The notes below the pieces were generated by a model, which worked only from the letters and a program-made list of their open reading frames with translations, was not told the origin of the DNA and did not search any database. Made by a program: the position numbers and the translations under genes. From IMG/VR virus record IMGVR_UViG_3300033463_000032, positions 64,411 through 128,410 of that record: a stretch of DNA of 64,000 nt. One strand, written 5' to 3'. This document shows positions 19,513 through 30,089 of this stretch, one piece after another; position 1 is the first letter of the stretch; each line of letters begins with the position of its first letter. The stretch comes from a virus. Its lineage: Duplodnaviria > Caudoviricetes.

Positions 19513-20835
19513 TCACAAATAATTAATGGCTTCTTCCTTATCTACAAAAAAGTGAATTCCCGAAGAACACTCATTGTATCTGTTTTCATCAAAATCAGTA
19601 ACTTCAACATATTTTCCTTTTTCGTATAAAAAAATAGGTGAATAAAGGGACCATGCTGCCTCAAAATGATATGTTCCTTGTAAATCGGTAATATCTAGAA
19701 CTTTAGCCTTGTTTGTTCTACATTTCTTTCCAGTTGCTGATGATCTCTTTGCATCTTTCGGAATGTATAGTTTTATAAGACATTGTTGATCTAAGCGAAA
19801 AGCTCCATCAGTAAGTCTTGCCTTTTTCCATCCGATAAATCCTCCTTCTGTGGGACAGGCCATAGGACATATTGGTGGATTTTCTGCACGTTCAAAATCT
19901 GAATGATCCCAAATATTATCAATAAAGGTACAATCGTTAAAACATGCATAATAAAAAGTAGAATTTACAAAAGATGATGATCGAAACTCCACATTTGTAA
20001 ATACAGAATGTTTAAAATCAACTTCATAGAATCGTGAATTTACAAAAGAACACATATTAAAGTGCGAATACATAAATACAAACCTTGTTTCATTTGTTAA
20101 TATGAGATCCATAAAAACACAATCTTTAAAAGTTAAATTCTCTGATACATCACAAGATATATGATTAGAACATTCTTCTCCATAGCTTTTTAACCAAGTA
20201 TTTAAAATTTCTTTGGTAACTTCTGGAGTATGATTATACCAGTTCATTAAGGCATCTAAAAAATCCTGTTTAATAGTCATAGGGATTCCTTTCCGAATAC
20301 TTTGCAATTCACATTCAAGTTCCTTCAAAATATCAAGATAAGAATAATCATTACTTTCATATCTAGGTATGGTATTACTTAACCGATATGTTTCTATAAT
20401 GTCTCCATTAAGATAAATATCAGCATACCAATAGTCACTATCTTCATCATTAGTAAATAATATTAACTGTTGATCCTTATAGTGTGTCCTGGAAAGCTTC
20501 TTTATTACTTCAACTGCAGGGCTCCAAGCAGTTTCAAATTTTATAGCATCATCATTGAGAATTTGGCAATCATAACCATTCCACTTGGTTCCCCAGTTAT
20601 CAATACGCCATTGATACCAATTAAACCAAGGTTTTTCATCCTCTTTGATGCTAGAATCCGGATTTATATTCAAATTATATTTAGGATCACATTCTTCCGA
20701 AGATTTTGGTTCTGGTATAATGTGATTGAAGTTAAATAATGAATATTCAACAGATCCTTCTTTTCCAGATTCAAACCAATCCTTTTTCCCTATGTTTGTT
20801 ATCTTAAGAATGTTAATAGTAATATTAGGCATCAT
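19513..20835 (-). CDS. Fusion: YubB/DUF1281-like ferredoxin-fold domain + pentapeptide repeats + DUF5758-like domain
   Basis: NWYQWRIDNWGTKWN..FETAWSP; F..S.F repeats; CP.EG.FIGWKK..IP.DAKRSSATG.KCR..KA.V..CS.GIHFF. Confidence 0.7.
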   Translation of the reverse strand: MMPNITINILKITNIGKKDWFESGKEGSVEYSLFNFNHIIPEPKSSEECDPKYNLNINPDSSIKEDEKPWFNWYQWRIDNWGTKWNGYDCQILNDDAIKFETAWSPAVEVIKKLSRTHYKDQQLILFTNDEDSDYWYADIYLNGDIIETYRLSNTIPRYESNDYSYLDILKELECELQSIRKGIPMTIKQDFLDALMNWYNHTPEVTKEILNTWLKSYGEECSNHISCDVSENLTFKDCVFMDLILTNETRFVFMYSHFNMCSFVNSRFYEVDFKHSVFTNVEFRSSSFVNSTFYYACFNDCTFIDNIWDHSDFERAENPPICPMACPTEGGFIGWKKARLTDGAFRLDQQCLIKLYIPKDAKRSSATGKKCRTNKAKVLDITDLQGTYHFEAAWSLYSPIFLYEKGKYVEVTDFDENRYNECSSGIHFFVDKEEAINYL

Positions 20836-20905
20836 CTTCTCCTTCGAGGTCGTCGAAATAATCGTCGATATTATACTGTTCTAAGTATTCGGCTTCGTCA
20901 CCCAT
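20825..20905 (-). CDS. 26-aa acidic peptide MGDEAEYLEQYNIDDYFDDLEGEDDA
   Basis: Read by eye; AAAGGAG RBS; overlaps the start of the next gene. Confidence 0.55.
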   Translation of the reverse strand: MGDEAEYLEQYNIDDYFDDLEGEDDA

Positions 20906-20910
20906 CTTTG

Positions 20911-23299
20911 TTACTCCTTTAAATACTTAAACTGCTTTACTGTTACAGCACCTATGCCATTTCTTGTAGGAAGAATGATAAACTTCTCGTCTTCTCCTAC
21001 ATTGGCTTTTATTTCCTGTTGTATTTTTTCCATATACATATTCACTTGGTTAGTTGCCATATCTCCAACTTCAACCTGAATGAATGTCAGATTGCCCAGT
21101 TTAGAAACGAATGATGTACCACAGGATTTACAGGTGAAGGTTTTAGGATCTAACTGACCACCACACTGACTACAAACTAATGGTAATAATTGCATTGTTA
21201 TTTTTCCTTTCTATTAAACTTAGAACATGCTTTACTAGATCCTAATCTCCAACCTACCTTGTGTCTAAAGCCATGATCATAGACTTTACAAGTTCCATAA
21301 ATACCACCTTTGCTGCCTATTTGATCAATATCAAAACATTTACAATTTTTGCATTTGTTATTTCTAGCCATTAGGAATCCTCATCTGGTTTATCATTATC
21401 CAGGAATAAACTAACGTAGATAACATCAGTACATGGTGCATAGATAAGATAAACCTCATGCTCTAGCAAATATTCAGTTAGAACATCTTCAATATAAAGA
21501 GAATGTTCTGATGGATTGGTAAGATCAAGTTTAATATCTGGTCTACTAATCTGATTAGGATCTTCACCATAGGTAATCCAAATATTACTGGTAGTATTTT
21601 TGATAAGTTCTTTAAGTTTCATCTTGTTTCTCCTTATACATCAACCGTAAACATTACTAGCCTTAGTATTTTGAATTCCTGGATATCCGGATCTTCAAAC
21701 GGAAACTTGTTACAGTAAGGACATGTAATGGTATCTGGCTTTTCTTCATCAGAACATTCATATCCAGTCCAATTTTCATCAACATCAATATAAACTGCAT
21801 TACTAGATGTTGTAGTTTTTACAAGATCCGCTGTAAAAAATTTATCACTACCATCCGGCATAAATCTGTTTACCTTTACTGAACTTATATAATTACCACA
21901 TTTTTCACATCTGATCATAAAATATCTCCTAACTAGATGGTTCTATAATATAAAACACAAAAGAAATTATTTTGATTTTTCCAATTCTTCTTTTACCAGT
22001 TCTATTATTTCCTTAGCAGTAAGATAACCTATTGGTTCTCCACCATTTTGAGTACTAGTCGTAAGCTCCAGTCTCATATCGTCACGGTCTAACCAGTAAG
22101 AATACCCACCATAAGTACCATAACCGTGTATTACAGACCATTTGTTATGATTAATCCAAAACCAAGTCCTACAGATCCAATGATCTTCCGGTATTACGGA
22201 GGACTGATCTTTCCATTCAATTCCTAACATGTCTAGATCACTTCTTAATCTAACCATCTCCGGTGTAACGTGAAATGGTGACTGCTTGTATTTTGAATTC
22301 ATCTTTTTCTCCTTATATATCATATTTGATAAAAAGAACTAATGATTTACCATAGATATAGAAAGTAACTACTTCCGCAAATGCTATTTCATCTTTTAAA
22401 TACTTGTGAATCTGGAATTGAGAATACTTAGGATTAAACATACAGAATGAATAATTACAAGTTATTTCATTACCATTTTCCAGACTTTCAATACACTCAT
22501 CAAGAAAACATTCTGGAACAATATATATGTTTCCTTGTTCACACCATTTATTTACAAAATCATTAACAGTCATTTTAAATCTCCTGGTATTATTTATTTT
22601 CTGGTAAGGTTAAGAAAGAATCTCTAAGGTCTACATAATCATCTACAGATCCTAATGCTTGATATTCAAGAAATAGTTTGTTGAATTCTTCTTTTACCAG
22701 AGATGGTGCAAAACCTTTTTCTGTATATCTCCAATATAATTGATCCATCTGAGATGCTAATGTTTTCCTTTTTGCATCTATCTTTGCATTACGGTCCTTT
22801 CTGAATTGCTCTCTAGTGTTCTTAATATCTTTTTCAATAACTACTGCTAAGAGTATTGCCAAGATGATAACAAACACTACAACACAAAGTCCTACAACAA
22901 GAAATTTTTCATTCATATTCATTTTTTACACCCCTTATCCTTTCTTAAGTCTGCTCCACACCAGGGACAATATGATGTTAATAATCTATATTCCCATCTG
23001 TTTTGGCATTTTGGACACCTGACACTATATCCAGTAGCAGTTTCTTCTTTAATCCAGGTGTCAGCATCTTCTGTTTTACAATCCTTGTTTTCCAGAATAC
23101 CTGTCAAAAAGTATCTGTTCTGCTGCACTCCTTCAATAAAAGATAGGATCTTATCAATACATACCGGACACACTTCTTCTCCAACAAAACTAGCAACAGA
23201 TTGGTGATGTTCTCTGGTCCCTTGTACTTTAACCTCACCAACACATATACCTGCTGAATTAAGTTCTTTCTTACAGATATCACATAAATGTTTGATCAT
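20911..23299 (-). CDS. Cluster of small hypothetical ORFs (20911-21195, 21371-21622, 21634-21918, 21967-22323, 22313-22573, 22590-22922 with TM segment, 22919-23299)
   Basis: Packed ORFs with RBS; several CxxC zinc-ribbon motifs. Confidence 0.65.
21945..21976 (-). promoter_or_regulatory. Class II promoter
   Basis: Minus strand ATCAAAA-N10-TGTGTT-TTA-TATTAT. Confidence 0.7.
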
Positions 23300-23320
23300 A
23301 GTATAGTTCTCCTTTTATGG

Positions 23321-23785
23321 CTAAAGTGGAAGCTTAAGCATAGGATCTATTACTGGATAACCACCATTAATGTGAGAGGATTCTGTAAGAAATCCACCAA
23401 ATATAGTGTTTACTGTATAGATCCGAGCTTTTCTTGTAGGAACATAATTTCCACCAAAATTTAGATTTTTACTATTTAATGGAAATCCGGTATCACTTAC
23501 TGATAATGTAATATGTGGAACTTCGATAGCATTAACTATTTTAACAAGTTCTTCATTTTCACATTCTTTAAGTTCTACAGAAAAAGCTTCATTATCACCA
23601 TCATTTCCATAACCAGTAATGGTAAATCTGGCTGCAATTCCATACAGATCATTATGTATTACCGGTGGATTGAATTCTGTAGTAATATGCTTGTGCATAA
23701 CTTTTCTGCTAAGAGTTCCGATAGAAGCACCTATTTGATCACCAGTAATGAAAAATCCTTCATATATGATTTTACTCATTAGCAC
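23321..23785 (-). CDS. 2H phosphoesterase family protein
   Basis: Two HxT motifs (KHITT, PHITLS) about 58 aa apart. Confidence 0.65.
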   Translation of the reverse strand: MLMSKIIYEGFFITGDQIGASIGTLSRKVMHKHITTEFNPPVIHNDLYGIAARFTITGYGNDGDNEAFSVELKECENEELVKIVNAIEVPHITLSVSDTGFPLNSKNLNFGGNYVPTRKARIYTVNTIFGGFLTESSHINGGYPVIDPMLKLPL

Positions 23786-25573
23786 TCATCCTTTTTCCCA
23801 AGTTTTCATAATACTTTTCCAATTCCTTAAATTCTTCTTTTGTAAGTCCAAAAACCTCAAAATAACTCCATTCATAGCAAATCCTTATGGTCAATCCCAT
23901 ATGATCATATATGGTACATAAGGAATCACCACCAATTCCTGGACACTCAAACAAACCACAGTCAGCAACAGCATAATGCTATTCAATTATTGCTTTTGCT
24001 ATATCCAACTTAGTTGTCATTTTCTTCACCTTCTTACTCACCAAACGTATTGAGCATACATCTTTTAACTGCGGATATAATTTCACTACCGCAAACTGTA
24101 TATCTCTTCCCATCAATTTCTAACTCTACTTTGTTGCCATCACACCAATGATTATGGATTTTAATTTTGGGTTGTGATGGTGTTGAATAATCATTTATTT
24201 CTGTTGTAATGTTCATTCTTTATCACCCCTTATCCCTCCCATACTCTTCTCATGGCTTCGTCATAATTCTTAGCCTTTACAAGAACTACCATATCAATAC
24301 CAACTCGCACAGCATACATTCTTGATTGAAGATAAATTACCTGTTCTTTGGTACTCTCCGCCCAATCGAAAAGATCTTTATATACTTTTACTCTGTCATT
24401 TGCGTTCATTCTTTATCACCTCTCATACTCTTTACCCCCTTAACGATAAGAGAAGCATTAAGAGGAATATCCTCATCTTTACTCGTATAGTCATTCCTCA
24501 CAAATAAGTAAAGCCCCTCTTCGCTTTCTTCGTGTCCGATGATACTCATTATCAAATAAGTACCATTAGGGTTATAAGCCCTGTACGCCTCAAAGATATC
24601 CTTCATGTTAGTAAGGATATATTTTTCAAGATCCTCACGGTCATTAGTCTTTAATACCTTGCTTTCGAGCAAGTCCCTCTCAGTAAAAGTATCGAATTTC
24701 ATATCAAAAATCCCCTTTCTTAAAATCTGTACCGGACACAACGTTTTCACAGAATATCTGGAATTCCTGTTCCGCTCTTTGTTCGTCAGCCTCTTTCTGA
24801 TAAGCCTTCCCCTTCTCGAAAGCCTCTTCAAGGGCTTTCTTCGTTTCTTTTCTTGATTTTATCCCGGATCTTGTTTACAAGGTTTTTGATACCGACTCCA
24901 AAGATAATCAAAATCACTAATAGGATAGCAAAACCAATGATTGCATATCCTAAAAGTTCTTCAATAATTTTGATCTCAAAATACTTTTCCATCATATTAA
25001 GATTTTTCCCCTTCACTCTGCTTCTGCTAAAATCAAAACTGCAAGTATTCCTAAGAAACTTGCATAGATAACACTTATAACTACATACCAGATCATAAGA
25101 TCACCTCATCCTTTCCAAGTATTCTGAAATCATAATCTTTATATGGAAATTTCAAATCCGGGTTATTCCACAAAGCTATGATGTAATAAACATCTGTATC
25201 AAAATTGAAACCTTCCGTAACTGTTCCCCAAACCCCTTGATAACAACCTACAAGGATCAGAACTTCCTTACCTATTAATTCTTTATTAACCATTGATCTT
25301 CTCCTTAACTGGATAAACATAAATGAAAGTACATGAATGTCCTTTATAGCAACTAACATCATCAAATGAACCTACTTGATAAGCAGTAAGATCATACTGG
25401 TGTTCTTTGATAGCCTGCTTACGGAAATCCATTAAATTACCTTCATAAAGACAACCCATTGAAGATGCACCATCTTCAAAAACTTCTACTTCCATTACAC
25501 AAATCCATTCTGTATGGATATTGTAAAACAGAATATCCTCAAAACTTACCTTGTTATTGTTATTGCGAATCAT
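23772..25573 (-). CDS. Cluster of small hypothetical ORFs (23772-~24020, 24034-24216, 24406-~24702, 24828-25016, 25093-~25293, 25286-25573)
   Basis: Packed co-oriented ORFs with RBS. Confidence 0.55.
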
Positions 25574-25607
25574 ATTATGTTCTCCTTTCTCTAACTTGCT
25601 TATGTAT

Positions 25608-25670
25608 TAATTATATAGAAAAAGAATTTCTATCTATACAATATTTGTTGTATTTTTATCAAATTCTTTA
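25608..25670 (-). promoter_or_regulatory. Class I promoter
   Basis: AAGAATTTGATAAAAATACAA...TTGTATAG-N18-TATAAT, followed by a GCAAGTTA leader. Confidence 0.65.
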
Positions 25671-25676
25671 CTAAAA

Positions 25677-25712
25677 TTAATAGAGGATTCTATTACTAGA
25701 ACCCTCTATTAA
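25677..25712 (-). terminator. Intrinsic terminator
   Basis: TTAATAGAGG-ATTCTA-ttac-TAGAAC-CCTCTATTAA hairpin. Confidence 0.7.
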
Positions 25713-25735
25713 CAAAAAAAGGAGAATACACAGTA

Positions 25736-26071
25736 TTAGATTATGTCTTGATTATTTTCTACAAGGATTGGCTTTACCCTGATGTTAAAGGCACCAGAGT
25801 TTGTAGTAGTTTTGATGAAACCCTTTCCCTTGATTACTTCATAGAGTTCCGGTGCTGCTTCCTTGAGTTTCTTAAGATCTACAGATTCAGAAGTGCTACC
25901 AACTGTTTCATAAAGAGTAGCAGACCTTGTAGTAATCTTATCTTTCTGCTCCAAGAGAAAAGCCTTATGGATCTTTTCTCTAAGAACCTTCATATTTTCT
26001 TCGATCTCTGTTTTCTGAATTGAAAGAACTGCATAAGCCTTTGTGTACTTTTCGAAATTGAACTTTGCCAT
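25736..26071 (-). CDS. Monocistronic coiled-coil early-type protein (start MAKFNF)
   Basis: AGGAGG RBS before ATG 26071; VDLKKLKE..PELY motif. Confidence 0.75.
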   Translation of the reverse strand: MAKFNFEKYTKAYAVLSIQKTEIEENMKVLREKIHKAFLLEQKDKITTRSATLYETVGSTSESVDLKKLKEAAPELYEVIKGKGFIKTTTNSGAFNIRVKPILVENNQDII

Positions 26072-26173
26072 AATGTACCTCCTATTTGTAACTTGCTTTG
26101 TTTTAACTTGCATAGATATTCTACAAAAACTGGTAAGGAATTTATATCAAATTCATTGTTCTTTTATCAAATT

Positions 26174-27916
26174 TCAGACTATAGTTACAGTTGATACTTG
26201 ATCTATTCCTTTAGTAACTACAATGGTCTGATCTACCGGAATACTGTAATTATTGTGAGAAATAATATAAAGACTATCTATTTCTTCTGATACAGTATTG
26301 AGAAGATTAAGAACCGTGTTACTTGCTTGTTCATCCAGGTTTTCCAAGATTTCATCACAGATAAGAATATTAGTTTGAAACCCGGAAAGTTGTAAGGCCA
26401 CATCTCTTTGAGCAAGTACCAATGCCAGATCAACTTTTTTCTTTTCACCACCGGATAAATTCTCATAAAATGTATCACCTAAGAAGATATCTAACTTAGA
26501 AGAATCCGTAGATATCTGGATCAGATTAGTATCATTAGAAAACAACAACTTAGAATATTCATTAAGCTTAGAGTTCATAAATGCTACTACATCAGAAAGT
26601 AAATAGGTTCTAAAATCCTTAGTGATTAATTGCTGAATATGTTTAATGACATTTACTTTAATTTCAACCTTAGCCTGCTTATCGGATATTTCTTGAAGCT
26701 TGAGATTAAGGACCTTAATCTTTTCCTGGTATTCTTTAGCCTTATCTATATCTGCTTGAACATCTTTATAAAGATCCTTGTTTTTATAATAAGTGTCCAG
26801 AGTGTTAGAAACCCGGTTAAACATCTGCTGCAAACTGGTTTTCTTTTCTTTGTATGAAGATACAAGATCCTTTTGTTTCTTCATTTCTGATAAGATAATA
26901 GATCCTTTTTGTATCAAAGCAACTTCTTCATCATCAAGATTAATAAGAAGCTCCTTATATTCTTTAGCCAAACGATCAGAAGTTTCCTTATTCTTAATTT
27001 CTTGATTACATGTAGGACAATACTTTTTTGTTACCATCTTCTGGTGTTCAAGATATTTATTTCTGCGAGTTTCAATATCTGCTTTTTTCTTATTTAATTC
27101 ACTAGACTTCATAGAAAGTTTTTCATAAGTAATAACACTTTCTTCCAGCAATGAACTATTTTCTTTAATCAAAGAATCAAGTTTTTCAAGTTTTTTACTT
27201 AGTGCATCTACAGGTATATCCAAATCCTCTCTAGATATGCCCTTAGATTGCTCTAATTTGCTTTCTAATGCGTTCTTTTCATTTGTATATACAGACAATG
27301 CACCTTGCATCTTGGCGAGTTCCTGCGTGATTGTAGACAGGTTAGAGGTGATCTCTTCTTGCTTAGATGAAATCTTGTTCTTAAATTTATTAATTTCTTC
27401 ATCTATGTTAGCAAGAACTTCCAATCTTTCTTTTCTGGCAGATGGTGTAAGCAATGACATTCTTCCACTAAATCCTTGTGATAAGAAAATGGTAGATAAA
27501 AAGATATCCTGACTAAAAGGAAGAATAGTTTTGATCAGTTTATCTGTATCTGATTTATTTCTACAAGAAATATCATCATTTTCTTTTTTTAGAATAATGG
27601 TAGTTTTAAGTTTAGGATCGTTTAATGTCCGGGTAATTGAATATCCGGTATCATCAATCTTAAAATCAAGTATAACCAAACAACCTTGATTGTAATACTT
27701 ATTTTCCACATCACTAATGCCAGAAGAAGTCTTACCAAACAAACACCAGTTAATAGCTTCCATTATTGAGCTCTTACCAGCTCCGTTACTGGAAGTTGTT
27801 TCTTCATAATTGTTTACACCTTTAATGGAAATGATACCTTCTGATTCCAAATTAATGGAACAAGTACCTATAGATCTGAAACCTTTAATTTGAAGTTTTT
27901 CAAAAGTAACTTGCAT
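26174..27916 (-). CDS. sbcC: SbcC/Rad50-like (T4 gp46-like) recombination ATPase
   Basis: Walker A NGAGKSS, CPTC Zn hook in coiled coil, LSGGE signature, ILICDE Walker B, ISH. Confidence 0.95.
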   Translation of the reverse strand: MQVTFEKLQIKGFRSIGTCSINLESEGIISIKGVNNYEETTSSNGAGKSSIMEAINWCLFGKTSSGISDVENKYYNQGCLVILDFKIDDTGYSITRTLNDPKLKTTIILKKENDDISCRNKSDTDKLIKTILPFSQDIFLSTIFLSQGFSGRMSLLTPSARKERLEVLANIDEEINKFKNKISSKQEEITSNLSTITQELAKMQGALSVYTNEKNALESKLEQSKGISREDLDIPVDALSKKLEKLDSLIKENSSLLEESVITYEKLSMKSSELNKKKADIETRRNKYLEHQKMVTKKYCPTCNQEIKNKETSDRLAKEYKELLINLDDEEVALIQKGSIILSEMKKQKDLVSSYKEKKTSLQQMFNRVSNTLDTYYKNKDLYKDVQADIDKAKEYQEKIKVLNLKLQEISDKQAKVEIKVNVIKHIQQLITKDFRTYLLSDVVAFMNSKLNEYSKLLFSNDTNLIQISTDSSKLDIFLGDTFYENLSGGEKKKVDLALVLAQRDVALQLSGFQTNILICDEILENLDEQASNTVLNLLNTVSEEIDSLYIISHNNYSIPVDQTIVVTKGIDQVSTVTIV

Positions 27917-27919
27917 AGA

Positions 27920-28972
27920 TTAATCCTCTTTCACAATGGATAAATATTCTTTAGCATCATATTTAAGATTTTCTGTGTTTTCATTTAAGAAATCAATGAA
28001 CTTAGAAGTAACATCTAAGTTTGCTGCCAAAGATGATGTATCTTGATTTAATTTAGTTTTATTCACAAAAGCATTAATTAACTTAAATGCTATGATCTTC
28101 TTATTCTTTTCCAGAGTTTCCTGAACATCTGCTTTGATATCATAGTTTGTATATTTGACTGTTAATGCATACTTGTAGTTTTTGTCTAAATCCTTAAGGA
28201 TCTTAGCCAGGTCCTTAAGAGAATCAACAGTAAATCTTCTGAACAAAATACTATGAGGATTTGCTATTCTTTCAAAAGTTAAAGTATCAGTATCAAGAAC
28301 TACAAGTGATGGTAGGTATTCCTGGTTATCTACAAAAGATATCGAAGATACACCACCAATATTCCAGACTTCATTTTGTGTTGTTTCAAGATGTTCAGCA
28401 GTATGTAAATGGCCATTAGCTACAAATTTAAAATGTGAAGCTAAAAGTTCCGGGTTTACTCCAAAATCCAAGATATATGAATCTCTTAAACAAGATCCTT
28501 GAATATCAACATGAGATACAAGAATATCATTACTAATGGTTTTCAAAAGAGTATTAGTTACTTTCTTGGAATCCATATAAGGAAGAATAGAAATCTTATC
28601 ATTGATCTTAGTTGGTTCTTTAATGATTTTGATTTCCGGATAATTACTAAGAATTTCTACTGCATTGAAATCATCATTTACTTTTTCATGATTTCCTACA
28701 GTAATGTAATGTGGAATCTTTAAATCTTGGAAATTTTTAAAGAATTCAGAAACACATTCTAATTCTTCTGTCTTAACTATGATGTTATCAAAAGTATCTC
28801 CACCGTTAATGATCATATCTACTTTCTTTTCTTTTGCTATTTGACTTATCCATTCTCCGGTTTTAAGGATCATATCAAGTCTGGTAGTATATTTAGATTT
28901 TGAATCTTTAAATAATGGAAGAATACTTGAATTGTATGAACAATGAAGATCTGAATAGATTAATACTTTCAA
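27920..28972 (-). CDS. sbcD: SbcD/Mre11-like (T4 gp47-like) nuclease (probable TTG start at 28972)
   Basis: SDLH, GGDTFD, GNHE, SH, GHLH metallophosphoesterase motifs; adjacent to SbcC. Confidence 0.93.
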   Translation of the reverse strand: MKVLIYSDLHCSYNSSILPLFKDSKSKYTTRLDMILKTGEWISQIAKEKKVDMIINGGDTFDNIIVKTEELECVSEFFKNFQDLKIPHYITVGNHEKVNDDFNAVEILSNYPEIKIIKEPTKINDKISILPYMDSKKVTNTLLKTISNDILVSHVDIQGSCLRDSYILDFGVNPELLASHFKFVANGHLHTAEHLETTQNEVWNIGGVSSISFVDNQEYLPSLVVLDTDTLTFERIANPHSILFRRFTVDSLKDLAKILKDLDKNYKYALTVKYTNYDIKADVQETLEKNKKIIAFKLINAFVNKTKLNQDTSSLAANLDVTSKFIDFLNENTENLKYDAKEYLSIVKED

Positions 28973-29006
28973 GACGTTTGTTTCCTTTCTGATTAAAATT
29001 TTCTCT

Positions 29007-29038
29007 ATAGTATTAAACACATTTTTCAGAAAGTTCAT
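29007..29038 (-). promoter_or_regulatory. Class II promoter for sbcD/sbcC
   Basis: Minus strand TGTGTT-TAA-TACTAT. Confidence 0.6.
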
Positions 29039-29059
29039 TTCAGAATACATTTCTAATAA

Positions 29060-29395
29060 TAATGCGTATGTGCGTACATACGCACGTTATATTTTAATAT
29101 TTAAGTTGTGTTACGATAGTAACACTTAAATATATATTTATATTTATAAATTTATATAGTTGTTAGATAGTAGATATATGAATGACTGCAAGGAATGAAT
29201 ATATCTAGTAACTAATAACTAGAATAAATTCTAATTAAAGATTAACTTAATTATTATCTTTTACTTATTCTTTTTATTACTTAATAATATATTTATTAAT
29301 ATTATTAAGAAAAGAGTTTAATATTTTCAGAACTTATATTTCTCTTTTGTTTCTTTTCTCTTTGTGCATTTTGCATAAATGGTAGAAAAATTGTT
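29060..29395. other. AT-rich non-coding region with several inverted repeats; candidate replication origin
   Basis: TGCGTATGT-gcgt-ACATACGCA; GTGTTAC-gata-GTAACAC; long imperfect inverted repeat ~29157-29222; strand switch point. Confidence 0.4.
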
Positions 29396-29397
29396 TG

Positions 29398-29450
29398 TGA
29401 ATGAATTTTAAAAATAATACATTGTTCCAAAGAGATTTCTGATAGAATGG
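29398..29450 (+). promoter_or_regulatory. Class I-like promoter of the sigma-like gene
   Basis: ATGAATTTT box and extended -10 TGaTAGAAT, then CAAGTTA and AGGAGG. Confidence 0.5.
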
Positions 29451-29489
29451 ATATACAGGCTCTAACAAGTTAATACAGGAGGTATATTT

Positions 29490-30089
29490 ATGCAGTTGAT
29501 GAACTATTATGACCAGATTGAAGGTATGATCAACAAAACTGCTAGTCGTTACTACAAATTTTCCGGTATGTCTTTTGAAGATCTTACACAGGAGTTGTGG
29601 TTAAAGTTGATACAGGAAGATCTTTCTGAAATTAAAATGGTAAAGAAAACCATTGAAAACAGAGCTAAGAATATTGTCAGAGATAATGCTAAGTTTCAAA
29701 AAGATGTATGCTGCTACTTCGAAGATGAGGTAGAAACCTATACTTATGTTAGTGAGTATATGATGGAAGAAGAATCCAGATTTGATTTAATAATGCTTGA
29801 TGAAGAATATGTAAGATCCTTTGTTGCTTCTCTTGATAAGCAGGAAAGGATTTATTTGGTTGTTAAAGGATATCTGGTAGGTAATCTTGATTTCTTTGAG
29901 AAGGAATACAATAACTATGTTGATTGTCTGGGTTCAAAGAAAAGATCTTATCTGGAAGAAACCAAGAAGTATCTTGATGATGTGATAGGAAAATATTTTC
30001 TTAATTTTAACCATATGAAGATGTGGAAGTTTAAGAAGAGTTTAATGAATAAAATGTCTAAATCTATGGAGGTATTTGCTAATGCTTAA
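29490..30089 (+). CDS. Phage sigma-70 family (ECF-like) sigma factor
   Basis: Region 2-like I...A..Y.....EDL.QE.WLKL......I.N...N..RD. Confidence 0.65.
   Translation: MQLMNYYDQIEGMINKTASRYYKFSGMSFEDLTQELWLKLIQEDLSEIKMVKKTIENRAKNIVRDNAKFQKDVCCYFEDEVETYTYVSEYMMEEESRFDLIMLDEEYVRSFVASLDKQERIYLVVKGYLVGNLDFFEKEYNNYVDCLGSKKRSYLEETKKYLDDVIGKYFLNFNHMKMWKFKKSLMNKMSKSMEVFANA

Noticed and set aside
25056-27920. ATCTATGCAAGTT triple repeat (minus strand at ~25058, ~26105, ~27908)
   Set aside because: The 25058 copy lies in a small membrane-peptide ORF and the 27908 copy is the sbcC start region; likely coincidence, though sbcC could be another sRNA target
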